NCBI GenBank assembly: GCA_037440005.1 | Contig: JBBIUY010000005.1 | Location: forward strand, 34,179-98,178 | Direction: 5' to 3' | Source: Armatimonadota bacterium | Lineage (GTDB): Bacteria; Sysuimicrobiota; Sysuimicrobiia; Sysuimicrobiales; Kaftiobacteriaceae | DNA: 64,000 nucleotides | Shown here: positions 28,492-38,762 of the stretch, piece by piece | Position numbering within the stretch: position 1 is the first letter of the stretch | How the letters are laid out: each line of letters begins with the position of its first letter | Program-made: the position numbers and the translations under genes | The notes under the pieces: generated by a model | The model's database searches: none | What the model was told of the DNA's origin: nothing | The model's input: only the letters and a program-made list of their open reading frames with translations

Positions 28492-29361
28492 TCACCGTTC
28501 GCCCCGGACGTACGGAACGCCCAGGGCCTCCGGCGCCTGGCCCGTCCGGGCCCCCCGCCGGGAGGTCAGGGCCAGCACCAGGATAGTGAACGCGAAGGGC
28601 ATCATCTGCAGGGGTTCGGGGGGAATCCACGTCTGGAGGCGGAACGACAGGTGGAACAGGGTGCCGAACAGCAGCGCCGCCCCCACCGCCCGCAGGGGGT
28701 CCCAGCCGGCGAAGATGGCCAGGGCCACCACGATCCAGCCCATGCCCCCGGTCATGCCCTCGGTCCACGCCGGCCGGTAGGCCACCGACAGGAAGCCCCC
28801 GGCGACGCCGGCCATCACCCCGCCGAAGACCACGGCCAGATAGCGCACCAGCTCCACCGGCACGGCCTGGGCGTCGGCGGCGGCCGGAGACTCGCCCACG
28901 GTGCGCAGGATCAGGCCCCACCGGGTGTGGTACAGCAGCGCCCACAGCAGCACCGCCGCCAGCACGCCCAGCGGCGGCAGGACCGACAGTTCCGGCAGCG
29001 GGTGGTCCAGGGGAAACCCTTCCCACCCGCGGCCCAGCAGCCCGGCCAGGCCCAGCCCCAGCATGGTCAGCGCCAGCCCCGAGACGTACTGGTTGGCCCG
29101 CAGGGTCACCGAGACGAACGCGTGGAGCAGGGCGGCCGCCCCGCCCACGCCGGCCGCCGCCAGCAGGCCCAGGACCGGGTGGCCGGTGGTCTGGGCGGTG
29201 GCGAAGGCGACGAAGGCGCCCAGGATCATCATCCCCTCCACCCCCAGGTTCACCACCCCCGCCCGCTCGGCGTAGATCTCCCCCAGGGCGCCCCACAGCA
29301 GGGGCGTGCCGAAGGCCATGCCCCGCACCAGCACGCTGGCGACCCACTCCAGCACCGTCAC
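28492..29361 (-). CDS. ABC transporter permease
   Basis: GTG start overlapping the upstream permease stop. Multi-TM. Confidence 0.7.
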   Translation of the reverse strand: MTVLEWVASVLVRGMAFGTPLLWGALGEIYAERAGVVNLGVEGMMILGAFVAFATAQTTGHPVLGLLAAAGVGGAAALLHAFVSVTLRANQYVSGLALTMLGLGLAGLLGRGWEGFPLDHPLPELSVLPPLGVLAAVLLWALLYHTRWGLILRTVGESPAAADAQAVPVELVRYLAVVFGGVMAGVAGGFLSVAYRPAWTEGMTGGMGWIVVALAIFAGWDPLRAVGAALLFGTLFHLSFRLQTWIPPEPLQMMPFAFTILVLALTSRRGARTGQAPEALGVPYVRGER

Positions 29362-30488
29362 TCCTCCCCCGGCGGCGCGCTCGCCCCGGCCGCCGCGGGC
29401 GCCTCCACCGCCACCCGGGCCGGCGCCCACCGGATCCGGTAGGCCAGCAGCCGCTCGCTGCCGATCAGGAAGAACAGGATCAGGCCGTTAAAGACGCTGG
29501 TGACCCGGAAGGGCATCTGCAGCGACACCTGCATCACGTCTCCCGCGCTGTAGATGAGGCCGAACAGCGCCGCGGTGAGCACCGCGGCCAGCGGGCGCCC
29601 CCGGGCCAGCCAGGCGACGATGATGCCGGTGTAGCCGTACCCCAGCGACACCTGGGTCGGGTCCAGCAGCTTGTGGTGCACCCCCGCCACCTCCCCCACC
29701 CCGGCCAGGCCCGCGGCGCCCCCGGACAGGGCCATGACCAGCAGGGTGGTGCGCAGGGCGCTGACGCCCACGTAGCGCGCGGCCTCGGGGTTTTCGCCCT
29801 GCACCCGGATCTCAAAGCCCAGGGTGGTCCGTCCCAGCAGCAGCGCCCCCGCCGCCGCCACCACCACGCCCACCACCAGGGTCGGCCAGTGGATGCGGGT
29901 CCCGGGGATCAGGGCCAGCCAGGCGTCGGCCGGAAACGGGTCGGTGTAGGCGAAGCCCCGGACGCTGGGTCCCTTCCACGGCCCGGTGACCAGCCAGCTC
30001 ACCAGGTACTGGGCCACGTAGTTCATCATCAGGGTGCTGATCACTTCGTTGACCGACAGCCGCAGCCGCAGCACCGCCGGCAGCAGGCCCCACAGCGCGC
30101 CGGCCGCGAACCCGGCCGCGAACATCGCCGGCAGCGTCATCGGTCCCCGCAGGCCGCTGAACAGGGCCACCCAGGTGGCGGCGACCGCCCCGGCCAGCAG
30201 CTGGCCCTCGGCGCCGATGTTGTAGACCTGGGCCCGGAAGGCCAGGACCAGTCCCGCCCCGACCAGCAGCAGCGGGATGGTGGGGCGCAGGACCTCGGGC
30301 AGGGTGCCCGGCGCCAGCAGGCCGTCGCGGACGATGACGGCGTAGGCCCGCACTGGGTCCAGCCCGTAAGCCCAGAAGACGGCCCCGGCGACGAGGAACG
30401 CGGCGACGACGGCGGCCGCCGAGACGGCCACCGTCCACCACCCCGTGGTCTCGGCGCGTTCGATGCGGAACGGGCCCACCTGCGCCAT
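29358..30488 (-). CDS. ABC transporter permease
   Basis: 376 aa polytopic. 'MAQVGPFRIERAETTGWWTVAVSAAAVVAAFLVAG'. Confidence 0.8.
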   Translation of the reverse strand: MAQVGPFRIERAETTGWWTVAVSAAAVVAAFLVAGAVFWAYGLDPVRAYAVIVRDGLLAPGTLPEVLRPTIPLLLVGAGLVLAFRAQVYNIGAEGQLLAGAVAATWVALFSGLRGPMTLPAMFAAGFAAGALWGLLPAVLRLRLSVNEVISTLMMNYVAQYLVSWLVTGPWKGPSVRGFAYTDPFPADAWLALIPGTRIHWPTLVVGVVVAAAGALLLGRTTLGFEIRVQGENPEAARYVGVSALRTTLLVMALSGGAAGLAGVGEVAGVHHKLLDPTQVSLGYGYTGIIVAWLARGRPLAAVLTAALFGLIYSAGDVMQVSLQMPFRVTSVFNGLILFFLIGSERLLAYRIRWAPARVAVEAPAAAGASAPPGEE

Positions 30489-30503
30489 GCCGGTCCGCCC
30501 CGT

Positions 30504-32051
30504 TCAGGACGCCGCCCGGCCCGCCATCCACAGGCCGATCTGCTGGCGGTCGGCGCCGGCGGGCACCACCGCCACCAGGCGTCCGTCGAACATGACCCCG
30601 ATCCGGTCGGACAGGGCCAGGATTTCGTCCAGGTCCTCGGAGACCAGCAGCACGCCGGCGCCCCGGTCCCGGTGCTCCAGCAGGAGCCGGTGGATGCGCT
30701 CGGTGGTGGCCACGTCCAGTCCCGCCGTGGGGTGGGAGGCGACGATCAGGGACGGATCCGCCGACAGCTCCCGGGCCAGGATCAGCTTCTGGATGTTGCC
30801 GCCGGACAGCAGCCGGGCGGGGCGGTGGGGGGACGGCGTCTGGATGTCGTGGGCGGCGATCAGGTCCGCCGCCGCCCGCAGGGCTTCCGCCGGGCGCAGG
30901 AGCAGGCCGCGGGCGAAGGGAGGGTCCGCATAGCGGCGCAGGATGAGGTTGTCGGCCACGGACATGGACGGGACGATGCCGGCGCGGGTCCGCTCCTCGG
31001 GGACGTGGGCCACCCCGGCCCGCGCCAGCTGCCGGGGCGTCCACCCGCGCACCGGGACACCGCGCAGCCGCACCTGTCCCCGGGCCGGCGGCCGCAGGCC
31101 TGTCAGGGCTTCCACCAGCTCCCGCTGCCCGTTGCCGGCCACGCCGGCGATGCCAAAGACTTCGCCCGCGGCCACGGTGAACGACACGCCCCGCACGGCG
31201 GGCCGGCCCCGGTCTCCGGCCACCCACAGGTCGCTCACCTCCAGGACCGGCGGCCCGGGCCGTCCCCGGCGCGGCGGCAGGGCCCGGTCCAGGTCCCGGC
31301 CCACCATCATGCGGGCCAGGGCGGCGGTGTCGGCGCCGGCGGCCGGCACCGTGCCCACCACCCGCCCCCGCCGCAGCACCGTCACCCGGTCGGCCACGGC
31401 CGTGACCTCGTCCAGCTTGTGGGTGATGAAGATGACCGACTTGCCCTCCCCCCGCATCCGCCGCAGGACCTCAAACAGCTGGGCGGCCTCCTGCGGGGTC
31501 AGCACGCTGGTGGGTTCGTCCAGGATGAGGATCTCCGCTCCCCGCAGCAGCGCCTTGAGGATCTCCACCCGCTGCTGCTCGCTGGCCGACAGCTGCCAGA
31601 CGGCGGCGTGAGGGTCCACCGCCAGCCCGTACCGCCGTCCGAACTCCTCCACCCGGGCGGCCACCTGCCGAACCGGCCGCCAGAAGGGGGTGCCGGCCGG
31701 CCCCAGGGCGATGTTTTCTGCCACCGTGTGCCGGCGCACCAGCAGGAAGTGCTGGGGGACCATGCCGATGCCGCAGGCGATGGCGTCCCGGGGAGAGTGG
31801 ATGCGGACCGGGCGGCCGTCCAGCAGGATCTCCCCGGCGTCGGGCTGGTACAGGCCGTACAGGATGTTCATCAGGGTCGTCTTGCCGGCGCCGTTTTCCC
31901 CCAGCAGCGCCAGGACCTCGCCCGCCCGCAGGTCCAGGCTGATCCGGTCGTTGGCGAGGACGCCCGGGAAGGACTTGGTGATGTTCCGGACGGCCAGCCG
32001 CACGGGGGCGGCGGACGACAGGTCGGCGGTCACACCCGCATCGGAGCGCAT
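30504..32051 (-). CDS. ABC transporter ATP-binding protein, tandem ATPase domains
   Basis: 'GENGAGKTT' and 'GVAGNGQRE' Walker A boxes. 'LSGGNIQK'. 515 aa. Confidence 0.85.
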   Translation of the reverse strand: MRSDAGVTADLSSAAPVRLAVRNITKSFPGVLANDRISLDLRAGEVLALLGENGAGKTTLMNILYGLYQPDAGEILLDGRPVRIHSPRDAIACGIGMVPQHFLLVRRHTVAENIALGPAGTPFWRPVRQVAARVEEFGRRYGLAVDPHAAVWQLSASEQQRVEILKALLRGAEILILDEPTSVLTPQEAAQLFEVLRRMRGEGKSVIFITHKLDEVTAVADRVTVLRRGRVVGTVPAAGADTAALARMMVGRDLDRALPPRRGRPGPPVLEVSDLWVAGDRGRPAVRGVSFTVAAGEVFGIAGVAGNGQRELVEALTGLRPPARGQVRLRGVPVRGWTPRQLARAGVAHVPEERTRAGIVPSMSVADNLILRRYADPPFARGLLLRPAEALRAAADLIAAHDIQTPSPHRPARLLSGGNIQKLILARELSADPSLIVASHPTAGLDVATTERIHRLLLEHRDRGAGVLLVSEDLDEILALSDRIGVMFDGRLVAVVPAGADRQQIGLWMAGRAAS

Positions 32052-32176
32052 ACCGGGGAGTTTGGCCGGCCAGCCGCCGCTTCCTTCCGCCGGGCCGGCG
32101 CCGGCGGGAGGACCGGCCCACTTCGGGCCGGCGGCAGGAATGGGACGAAACCCGCGTGGAATCGTGTTGGGTATCC

Positions 32177-33049
32177 GTGGACGTCTACCTGCCCCGCTCC
32201 CTGTCCGAGGCCCTGGAGCTGAAGGCGGCGCATCCGGAGGCGGTGCCCGTCGCCGGGGGCACCGACATCATGGTGGCCGTGAACTTCCACCGCCTGCGGC
32301 CGGACGCGTTCTTGGACCTCAGCCGCCTGGCAGAACTGCAGCAGTGGCGGGAGGAGGACGGGACCGTGTACGTGGGGGCGGGATTGACGTACACCCGCAT
32401 GGTCCGGGAGCTGGACTGGTGCGTGCCGCTGGTCCAGGCCGCCCGCACGGTGGGCTCGCCCCAGATTCGCAACCGGGGCACCCTGGGCGGCAACCTGGGC
32501 ACCGCCAGCCCCGCCGGGGACACCCTCCCGGTGCTGGCGGCCTACGACGCCGAGGTCGTCCTGGGCCGGGCCGGCGGGGCGGTGCGGGTGCTGCCCTGGT
32601 GGCAGTTCCTGCGGGGGCCCAAGAAGACCGCCCTGGCCCCCGACGAGCTCATCCTGGGCGCCCGGTGGCGGCGCCTGCGCGGTCCGGGGTCGTTCTCGAA
32701 GGTGGGCACCCGCAACGCCATGGTGATCGCCGTGGCGAGCCTGTGCCTGGTCTGCGACGAGGACGGGAGGACCGTGCGCGTGGCCCTGGGGTCGGTGGGC
32801 CCCACCATCCTGCGCGCCCCCGACGCCGAGCGGTTCGTCGCGGAGCAGATGCAGCGGGCCGGCGCGTGGGACGACCCCCGGGCGCCGCTGCCTGACCGGG
32901 TGGTGGAGGAGTTCGGCGAACGGGTGGCGGCCGCCGCCCGGCCCATCGACGATGTCCGGGGAACGGCGGCCTACCGGCGGCACGCCTGCGCGGTCCTGGC
33001 GCGCCGCGCCCTGCGGTGGGCGCTGGAGGACCGCAGGCTGGGCGGCTAG
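32177..33049 (+). CDS. Xanthine dehydrogenase FAD-binding subunit (CoxM/XdhB-like)
   Basis: 'AVPVAGGTDIMV', 'GSPQIRNRGTLGGNLGTASPAGD'. GTG at 32177 chosen by family N-terminus alignment. A start at 32156 is possible. Confidence 0.8.
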   Translation: MDVYLPRSLSEALELKAAHPEAVPVAGGTDIMVAVNFHRLRPDAFLDLSRLAELQQWREEDGTVYVGAGLTYTRMVRELDWCVPLVQAARTVGSPQIRNRGTLGGNLGTASPAGDTLPVLAAYDAEVVLGRAGGAVRVLPWWQFLRGPKKTALAPDELILGARWRRLRGPGSFSKVGTRNAMVIAVASLCLVCDEDGRTVRVALGSVGPTILRAPDAERFVAEQMQRAGAWDDPRAPLPDRVVEEFGERVAAAARPIDDVRGTAAYRRHACAVLARRALRWALEDRRLGG

Positions 33050-33062
33050 AGGAGGCGGCGCG

Positions 33063-33536
33063 GTGCTCGTACGGGTGAACGTCAACGGCGTGTGGCGGCA
33101 GGCCGACGTGTGGCCGGGGGCCAGCCTGCTCCTGCTGCTGCGGGACCACCTGGGGCTGGTGGGCAGCAAGAACGCCTGCGAGCAGGGCGAATGCGGCTCG
33201 TGCTCGGTGTGGCTGGACGACGAGCTGGTGTGCTCCTGCCTGGTCCTGGCCGCCCAGGCCGACGGGCGGACGGTGCGGACGGTGGAGTCCCTGGCCCACG
33301 GCGGCCGGCTGCACCCGGTCCAGGAGGCGTTCCTGGACGCCGGAGCGGTGCAGTGCGGGTTCTGCACCCCGGGGCTCGTGGTGGCGGTGGTGGACCTGCT
33401 CCAGCGCGACCCCTCCCCCTCCGAGGAGACGATCCGGGAGGCCCTGGCCGGCAACCTGTGCCGGTGCACGGGCTACCAGAAGATCCTGGACGCGGTGCGG
33501 CTGGCCGCGCAGCGCATGAGGACGGCGGAATCCTGA
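33063..33536 (+). CDS. Xanthine dehydrogenase [2Fe-2S] small subunit (CoxS/XdhC-like)
   Basis: GTG start. 'CEQGECGSCSV' plant-type cluster. 'QCGFCTPG' and 'CRCTGY' second cluster. Confidence 0.85.
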   Translation: MLVRVNVNGVWRQADVWPGASLLLLLRDHLGLVGSKNACEQGECGSCSVWLDDELVCSCLVLAAQADGRTVRTVESLAHGGRLHPVQEAFLDAGAVQCGFCTPGLVVAVVDLLQRDPSPSEETIREALAGNLCRCTGYQKILDAVRLAAQRMRTAES

Positions 33537-33568
33537 TCCCGGACCCCGGAGCCGCCGTCGGGGTAGGC

Positions 33569-34930
33569 ATGGCGTCGCTGCTCATCGACTCCTGTGAGGT
33601 CGTCGTGACCATGGACGACGCCGGCACGGAGATCGCCGGCGGGTCCGTGCTCGTCGAGGACGGCGTCATCACCTGGGTGGGCTCCGGGCCGCCTCCGCGG
33701 CCGGCCGAGGAGGTCGTCGGGGGGCGCGGCCTGGTGGCGGTGCCGGGCCTGGTCAACACCCACCACCACCTGTACCAGAGCCTCACCCGCGTCCGGGCCC
33801 AGGACCGGGGGCTGTTCGGCTGGCTGGAAGCCCTGTACCCGGTGTGGGCGGGGGTGGATGAGGAGTGGGTGGAGGTGGCGTCGGCGGTGGGGCTGGCCGA
33901 GCTGGCCCTGTCCGGCTGCGCCACCACCACCGACCACCACTACATCTTCCCCCGGGGTGCCGCACATCTGCTGGACGTCCAGGTGGACGTGGCCCGCCGG
34001 ATCGGCCTGCGGTTCCACCCCTGCCGGGGCTCGATGGACCTGGGCCGCAGCCGCGGCGGCCTGCCGCCCGATGACGTGGTGGAGGACACCGACGACATCC
34101 TGGCCCGCACCGAGGACGCGGTCCGCCGCCTCCACGACCCGCGGCCCGGGGCGATGGTCCGGGTGGCCGTCGCCCCCTGCTCGCCGTTTTCGGTCACGCC
34201 GCGCCTGATGAAGGAGTCCGCCGCCCTGGCCCGCCGGCTGGGGGTGCGGCTGCACACCCACATCGCCGAGACCCGGGACGAGGAAGCCTACTGCCGTCAG
34301 ACGTTCGGGGTGCGCCCGGTGGAGCTGCTGGACCGCTGGGGCTGGCTGGGACCGGACGTGTGGCTGGCCCACTGCGTGCACCTGAATGAGGCGGACATCG
34401 CCCGCATCGCCCGCGCGGGCACCGGGGTGGCCTGGTGCCCGACGTCCAACCTGCGGCTGGGGTCGGGCATCGCCCCGGCCCGCCGGTTGCTGGATGCCGG
34501 GGTCGCTGTCGGGCTGGCCGTGGACGGGTCGGCGTCCAACGACGGCGGCCACCTGCTGGCCGAGGCCCGCCAGGCGTTGCTCGTGTCCCGGGCCGGGGGC
34601 GACCCGGCGGCCCTCGGCGCCCGGGACGTGCTGCGCCTGGCCACACGAGGGGGCGCCCGGTGCCTGGGGCGGGAGGACATCGGCGCCCTGGCGCCCGGCC
34701 TCCGCGGGGACGTGGCGCTGTTTCCGGTGGACACGCTGGCGATGGCGGGGGCCGAGGCCGACCCGGTGGCGGCGCTGGTCTTCTGCTTCCCGCAGCGGGT
34801 CAGGCACCTGTTCGTGGACGGGCGGGCGGTGGTGCGCGACGGGCGCCTGGCGACCGCCGACGAGGACGCCATCGCCGCCCGGGCGAGGCGGCTGGGCCGG
34901 CGGATCGCACAGGGCGTCCCCGGCGGGTAG
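33569..34930 (+). CDS. TRZ/ATZ-family amidohydrolase (guanine / 8-oxoguanine deaminase-like)
   Basis: ATG at 33569. 'GLVNTHHHLYQS' metal-binding HxH. 'HTHIAE', 'HCVHL', 'GLAVDGSASN'. 453 aa. Inserted between the xdh small and large subunit genes. Confidence 0.7.
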   Translation: MASLLIDSCEVVVTMDDAGTEIAGGSVLVEDGVITWVGSGPPPRPAEEVVGGRGLVAVPGLVNTHHHLYQSLTRVRAQDRGLFGWLEALYPVWAGVDEEWVEVASAVGLAELALSGCATTTDHHYIFPRGAAHLLDVQVDVARRIGLRFHPCRGSMDLGRSRGGLPPDDVVEDTDDILARTEDAVRRLHDPRPGAMVRVAVAPCSPFSVTPRLMKESAALARRLGVRLHTHIAETRDEEAYCRQTFGVRPVELLDRWGWLGPDVWLAHCVHLNEADIARIARAGTGVAWCPTSNLRLGSGIAPARRLLDAGVAVGLAVDGSASNDGGHLLAEARQALLVSRAGGDPAALGARDVLRLATRGGARCLGREDIGALAPGLRGDVALFPVDTLAMAGAEADPVAALVFCFPQRVRHLFVDGRAVVRDGRLATADEDAIAARARRLGRRIAQGVPGG

Positions 34931-35028
34931 GGCCGGACCGAAAAGGGGCGAATGACCACCCACGCGGGCCGCCGCTTCCGGGCCGGCGGCGGTGGCCGGA
35001 ACCCGGTCAGTCAGGGGAGGGGTGACCG

Positions 35029-37389
35029 ATGAAAGTGGTGCCGCGCGTCCCCGGAGGGGTGGGCGAGAGCGTCCGCCGGGTGGACGGGGTCCCCAAGGTC
35101 ACCGGCGAGTTCCTGTTCGGCAGCGACCTCCGCACCGACGACATGCTGTGGGGCTACACCCTGCGCAGCCCCCACCCTCATGCCCGCATCGTCTCCCTGG
35201 ACGTCTCCGGCGCCCTGACCGTCCCCGGCGTCTACGCGGTCCTGGTGGCCGACGACGTGCCCGGGCGCAAGACGTACGGGCTGGAGCTGCCCGACCAGCC
35301 GGTCCTGGCCATGGACTGCGTGCGCTACCAGGGCGAGCCGGTGGCGATCCTGGCCGCCGTGGACCTGGAGGTGGCGCGCCGGGCCGCCGGGCAGATCCGG
35401 GTGGACTACGAGGTCCTGCCGGCGGTGACCGACATGGAGGCGGCCCTGCGCCCCGACGCGCCCCGGGTGCACCCCTGGGGCAACGTGCTGCGGCACATCC
35501 GGATCGTCCACGGCGACCCGTCCACGCCCGCCGACGTGTGGGTGGAGGGCTACTACGAGACCGGCATGCAGGACCAGGCCATGCTGGGCCCGGAGGCGGG
35601 TCTGGCGATCCCCGCCTCCGACGGAGGGGTGGACCTGTACGTGGCCACCCAGTGGCTGCACGTGGACCGGGACCAGATCGCCCCCTGCCTGGGGCTGCCT
35701 CCCGAGAAGGTCCGGCTGCACCTGGCCGGGGTGGGGGGCGCGTTCGGGGCCCGGGAGGACGTCAGCATGCACATCCACGCCTGCCTGCTGGCGCTGCGCA
35801 CCGGCCGGCCGGTGAAGATGGTCTACTCCCGGGAGGAGTCGTTCTACGGCCACGTCCACCGGCATCCGGCCCGGATCTGGATGCGCCACGGCGCCACCCG
35901 GGACGGCCGCCTGGTGAACGTGTACGCCCGGGTGCTCATCGACGGGGGCGCCTACGCGTCGTCGTCCACGGCGGTCATCGCCAACGCCAGCACCTTCGCC
36001 ACGGGCCCCTACGAGGTGCCCCACGCGCTGATCGAGGGCACCGCCGTCTACACCCACAACCCGCCCTGCGGCGCCATGCGGGGGTTCGGGGCGGTGCAGG
36101 CCTGCTTCGCCCACGAGGCGCAGATGGACAAGCTGGCCCGCGCCCTGGGACTGGACCCGGTGGAGCTGCGGCTGCGCAACGCGGTGCAGACCGGCTCGGT
36201 CCTGCCCACCGGGCAGGTCATCCGGGGCACCGCGCCGGTGCGGGAACTGATCCGCCGGTGCGCCGCCATCCCGCTGCCTGCCGAGCCGGCGGAGCGCCCC
36301 CCGCTGTCGTACCCCGGCGGGGCCGGCAACGTCAGCCGGGGCGAGCGGCTGCGGCGGGGCGTGGGGTTCGCCGTGGGCTACAAGAACGTCGCCTACAGCG
36401 AAGGGTTTGACGACTCGGCCGAGGCGCGGGTGCGCCTGTTCGCCGGGCCGGACGGCCCGGTGGCGGAGGTGCACAGCGCGGCGGCGGAGGTGGGCCAGGG
36501 GGTCCACACGGTCCTGGTGCAGATCGCCCGGGAGGAGCTGGGCATCCCGCAGGTGGTCCTGCGCACGCCCGACACCGCCGTGGGGTCCGCCGGCAGCAGC
36601 TCGGCGTCCCGCCAGACCATGATGTCCGGCGGAGCCGTCCAGCTGGCCTGCCGGGCCGTCCTGGAGGAGGTGTGGGACCGGGTGCGGCGGAGGGCCCGCG
36701 AGCGGAGGGAGCCTGTCCCCGGCGGCCTGGCCGTCCGGGACGGGGTGGTGTGGGCGGGCGAGCGGCCGGTGGGGCGTCTGGAGGAGTACCTGGACCCGCC
36801 CATCGAGGCGACCCGGACCTACCGCCACCGGCGTACCACGCCGCTGGACCGCCAGGGCCAGGGCGATCCGCACGTGACGTTCGCCTTCGCCGCCCAGCGG
36901 GCGGTGGTGGAGGTGGACGAGGAGCTGGGCCTGGTGCGGGTGGTGCAGATCGCCGCGGCCCAGGACGTCGGGCGCGCCCTGCACCCGCAGAACGTCTACG
37001 GCCAGATCGAGGGCGGCACGGCCCAGGGGCTGGGGCTCGCGCTGATGGAGGAGATCGTCCTGGACGAAGGCCGCCTGCGCAACCCGTCGTTCACCGACTA
37101 CCTGATCCCCACGATCCTGGACATGCCCCCGGTGGTGTCGGTCCTGATAGAGGAGCCCGAGCCGGGAGTTCCCTTCGGCGCCAAGGGGGTGGGCGAGCCG
37201 TCCACGGTGGTGTCCACCGCCGCCATCGTGGCGGCGGTGCGGGACGCCACCGGCCGGGAACTGAACCGGGTGCCCCTGAGGCCGGACGACATCGTCGGCC
37301 TGCGCCCGCCGGCCCGGTCGGCGGGGCCGCCGCCGGCTCCCGACGTGCCGTACCCCCAGCCGGTGCCCGTGGCCCTGGGATTCCTGTGA
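35029..37389 (+). CDS. Xanthine dehydrogenase molybdopterin-binding large subunit (CoxL/XdhA-like)
   Basis: 786 aa. 'VDGVPKVTGEFLFGSD', 'GGAFGARED', 'MRGFGAVQ', 'GVGEPST'. Confidence 0.85.
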   Translation: MKVVPRVPGGVGESVRRVDGVPKVTGEFLFGSDLRTDDMLWGYTLRSPHPHARIVSLDVSGALTVPGVYAVLVADDVPGRKTYGLELPDQPVLAMDCVRYQGEPVAILAAVDLEVARRAAGQIRVDYEVLPAVTDMEAALRPDAPRVHPWGNVLRHIRIVHGDPSTPADVWVEGYYETGMQDQAMLGPEAGLAIPASDGGVDLYVATQWLHVDRDQIAPCLGLPPEKVRLHLAGVGGAFGAREDVSMHIHACLLALRTGRPVKMVYSREESFYGHVHRHPARIWMRHGATRDGRLVNVYARVLIDGGAYASSSTAVIANASTFATGPYEVPHALIEGTAVYTHNPPCGAMRGFGAVQACFAHEAQMDKLARALGLDPVELRLRNAVQTGSVLPTGQVIRGTAPVRELIRRCAAIPLPAEPAERPPLSYPGGAGNVSRGERLRRGVGFAVGYKNVAYSEGFDDSAEARVRLFAGPDGPVAEVHSAAAEVGQGVHTVLVQIAREELGIPQVVLRTPDTAVGSAGSSSASRQTMMSGGAVQLACRAVLEEVWDRVRRRARERREPVPGGLAVRDGVVWAGERPVGRLEEYLDPPIEATRTYRHRRTTPLDRQGQGDPHVTFAFAAQRAVVEVDEELGLVRVVQIAAAQDVGRALHPQNVYGQIEGGTAQGLGLALMEEIVLDEGRLRNPSFTDYLIPTILDMPPVVSVLIEEPEPGVPFGAKGVGEPSTVVSTAAIVAAVRDATGRELNRVPLRPDDIVGLRPPARSAGPPPAPDVPYPQPVPVALGFL

Positions 37390-38762
37390 GGTACGACCGG
37401 GTGGTGGCCGGCGGGCGGGTGGTGACGCCCGCGGGGGTGGTGGAGGCCTCCGTCGGCATCCGCGCCGGCCGCATCGCCGCCCTGGCGGAGGGGCCCCTGG
37501 ACGGCGAGGACGTCGTGGACGCCCGCGGCCGGGTGGTCCTGCCGGGGGCGGTGGACCTGCACGTGCACGTCAACGAGCCCGGCCGCACCCACTGGGAGGG
37601 GTGGGGTCCGGGCAGCCGGGCCGCCGCCGCCGGCGGTGTGACCACGGTGGTGGAGATGCCGCTGAACGCCTCTCCACCCACCACCACCGCTCAGGCCCTG
37701 CGGGCGAAGGTGGAGGCGGCGCAGGCGGCGTCGGTGGTGGACTTCGCCCTGTGGGGCGGGCTCGTGCCCGACAACCTGGACCAGCTGGACGCCCTGGCCG
37801 GCGGCGGCGTGGTCGGGTTCAAGGCGTTTTTGTGCCCCAGCGGCACCCCCGACTTCGGCTGGGTGGACGACGGCGCGCTGTACGACGGCATGCGCCGGAT
37901 CGCCCGCACGGGACTGGTCCTGGCGGTCCACGCCGAAAGCGCCTCGATCACCGGATACCTGACGGCCGCGCTGCAGGCCCGGGGACGCCGGGACCGCCGG
38001 GCGTGGGCCGAGTCCCGCCCCCCGGTCGCCGAGCTGGAAGCCGTCCGCCGGGCGGTCTTCCTGGCGGGCCAGGCCGGCTGCCGGCTGCACGTCGTCCACC
38101 TGAGCGTGCCGGAGGGAGCGGACGTGGTGGCGCAGGCGCGGGCGTCCGGGCAGGAGGTGACGGTGGAGACCTGCCCTCACTACCTGACCCTGACCGACGA
38201 CGACCTCCTGCGGATGGGCCCGGTGGCCAAGTGCGCGCCGCCCCTGCGCGACCGGCCGACGGCGGACCGGCTGTGGCGGCAGGTGCTGGCAGGCCGCGTG
38301 CACTGCCTGGCCTCGGACCACTCGCCGTGTCCCACCGACGACAAGACCCGCGGGGAGGAGGACATCTGGGCCGCGTGGGGCGGGATCACCGGGGTGCAGA
38401 CGCTGGTGGCCCTCCTGCTGACCGAAGGCGTGCACCGCCGCGGCATGAGCCTGGAGCAGGTGGCCGAACTGCTGGCCGCCCGCCCGGCCCGGATCGCCGG
38501 CCTGTGGCCCCGCAAGGGGGCCATCACGGTGGGCGCCGACGCCGACCTGGTGGTGGTGGACATGGAGCGGCGCTGGACGGTGGACCGCGGGTGGCTGCAG
38601 TCCCGCCACCCCCACTCGCCGTTCGTGGGCTGGCCGATGCAGGGATGGATCACCCACGTGCTGCGCCGCGGGCAGACCGTCGCCCAGGACGGCGAGGTGG
38701 TGGCCCGGGGGGGCGGCCGGTGGGTCAGGCCGTCCCTGTCCGGCCCGAGTCAGCCCGGCTGA
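37386..38762 (+). CDS. allB: Allantoinase (cyclic amidohydrolase)
   Basis: GTG overlapping the xdh stop. 'VDLHVHVNEPGRTHWEG', carbamylated-Lys context 'VGFKAFL', 'VHAE', 'SDHSPC'. Confidence 0.8.
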   Translation: MRYDRVVAGGRVVTPAGVVEASVGIRAGRIAALAEGPLDGEDVVDARGRVVLPGAVDLHVHVNEPGRTHWEGWGPGSRAAAAGGVTTVVEMPLNASPPTTTAQALRAKVEAAQAASVVDFALWGGLVPDNLDQLDALAGGGVVGFKAFLCPSGTPDFGWVDDGALYDGMRRIARTGLVLAVHAESASITGYLTAALQARGRRDRRAWAESRPPVAELEAVRRAVFLAGQAGCRLHVVHLSVPEGADVVAQARASGQEVTVETCPHYLTLTDDDLLRMGPVAKCAPPLRDRPTADRLWRQVLAGRVHCLASDHSPCPTDDKTRGEEDIWAAWGGITGVQTLVALLLTEGVHRRGMSLEQVAELLAARPARIAGLWPRKGAITVGADADLVVVDMERRWTVDRGWLQSRHPHSPFVGWPMQGWITHVLRRGQTVAQDGEVVARGGGRWVRPSLSGPSQPG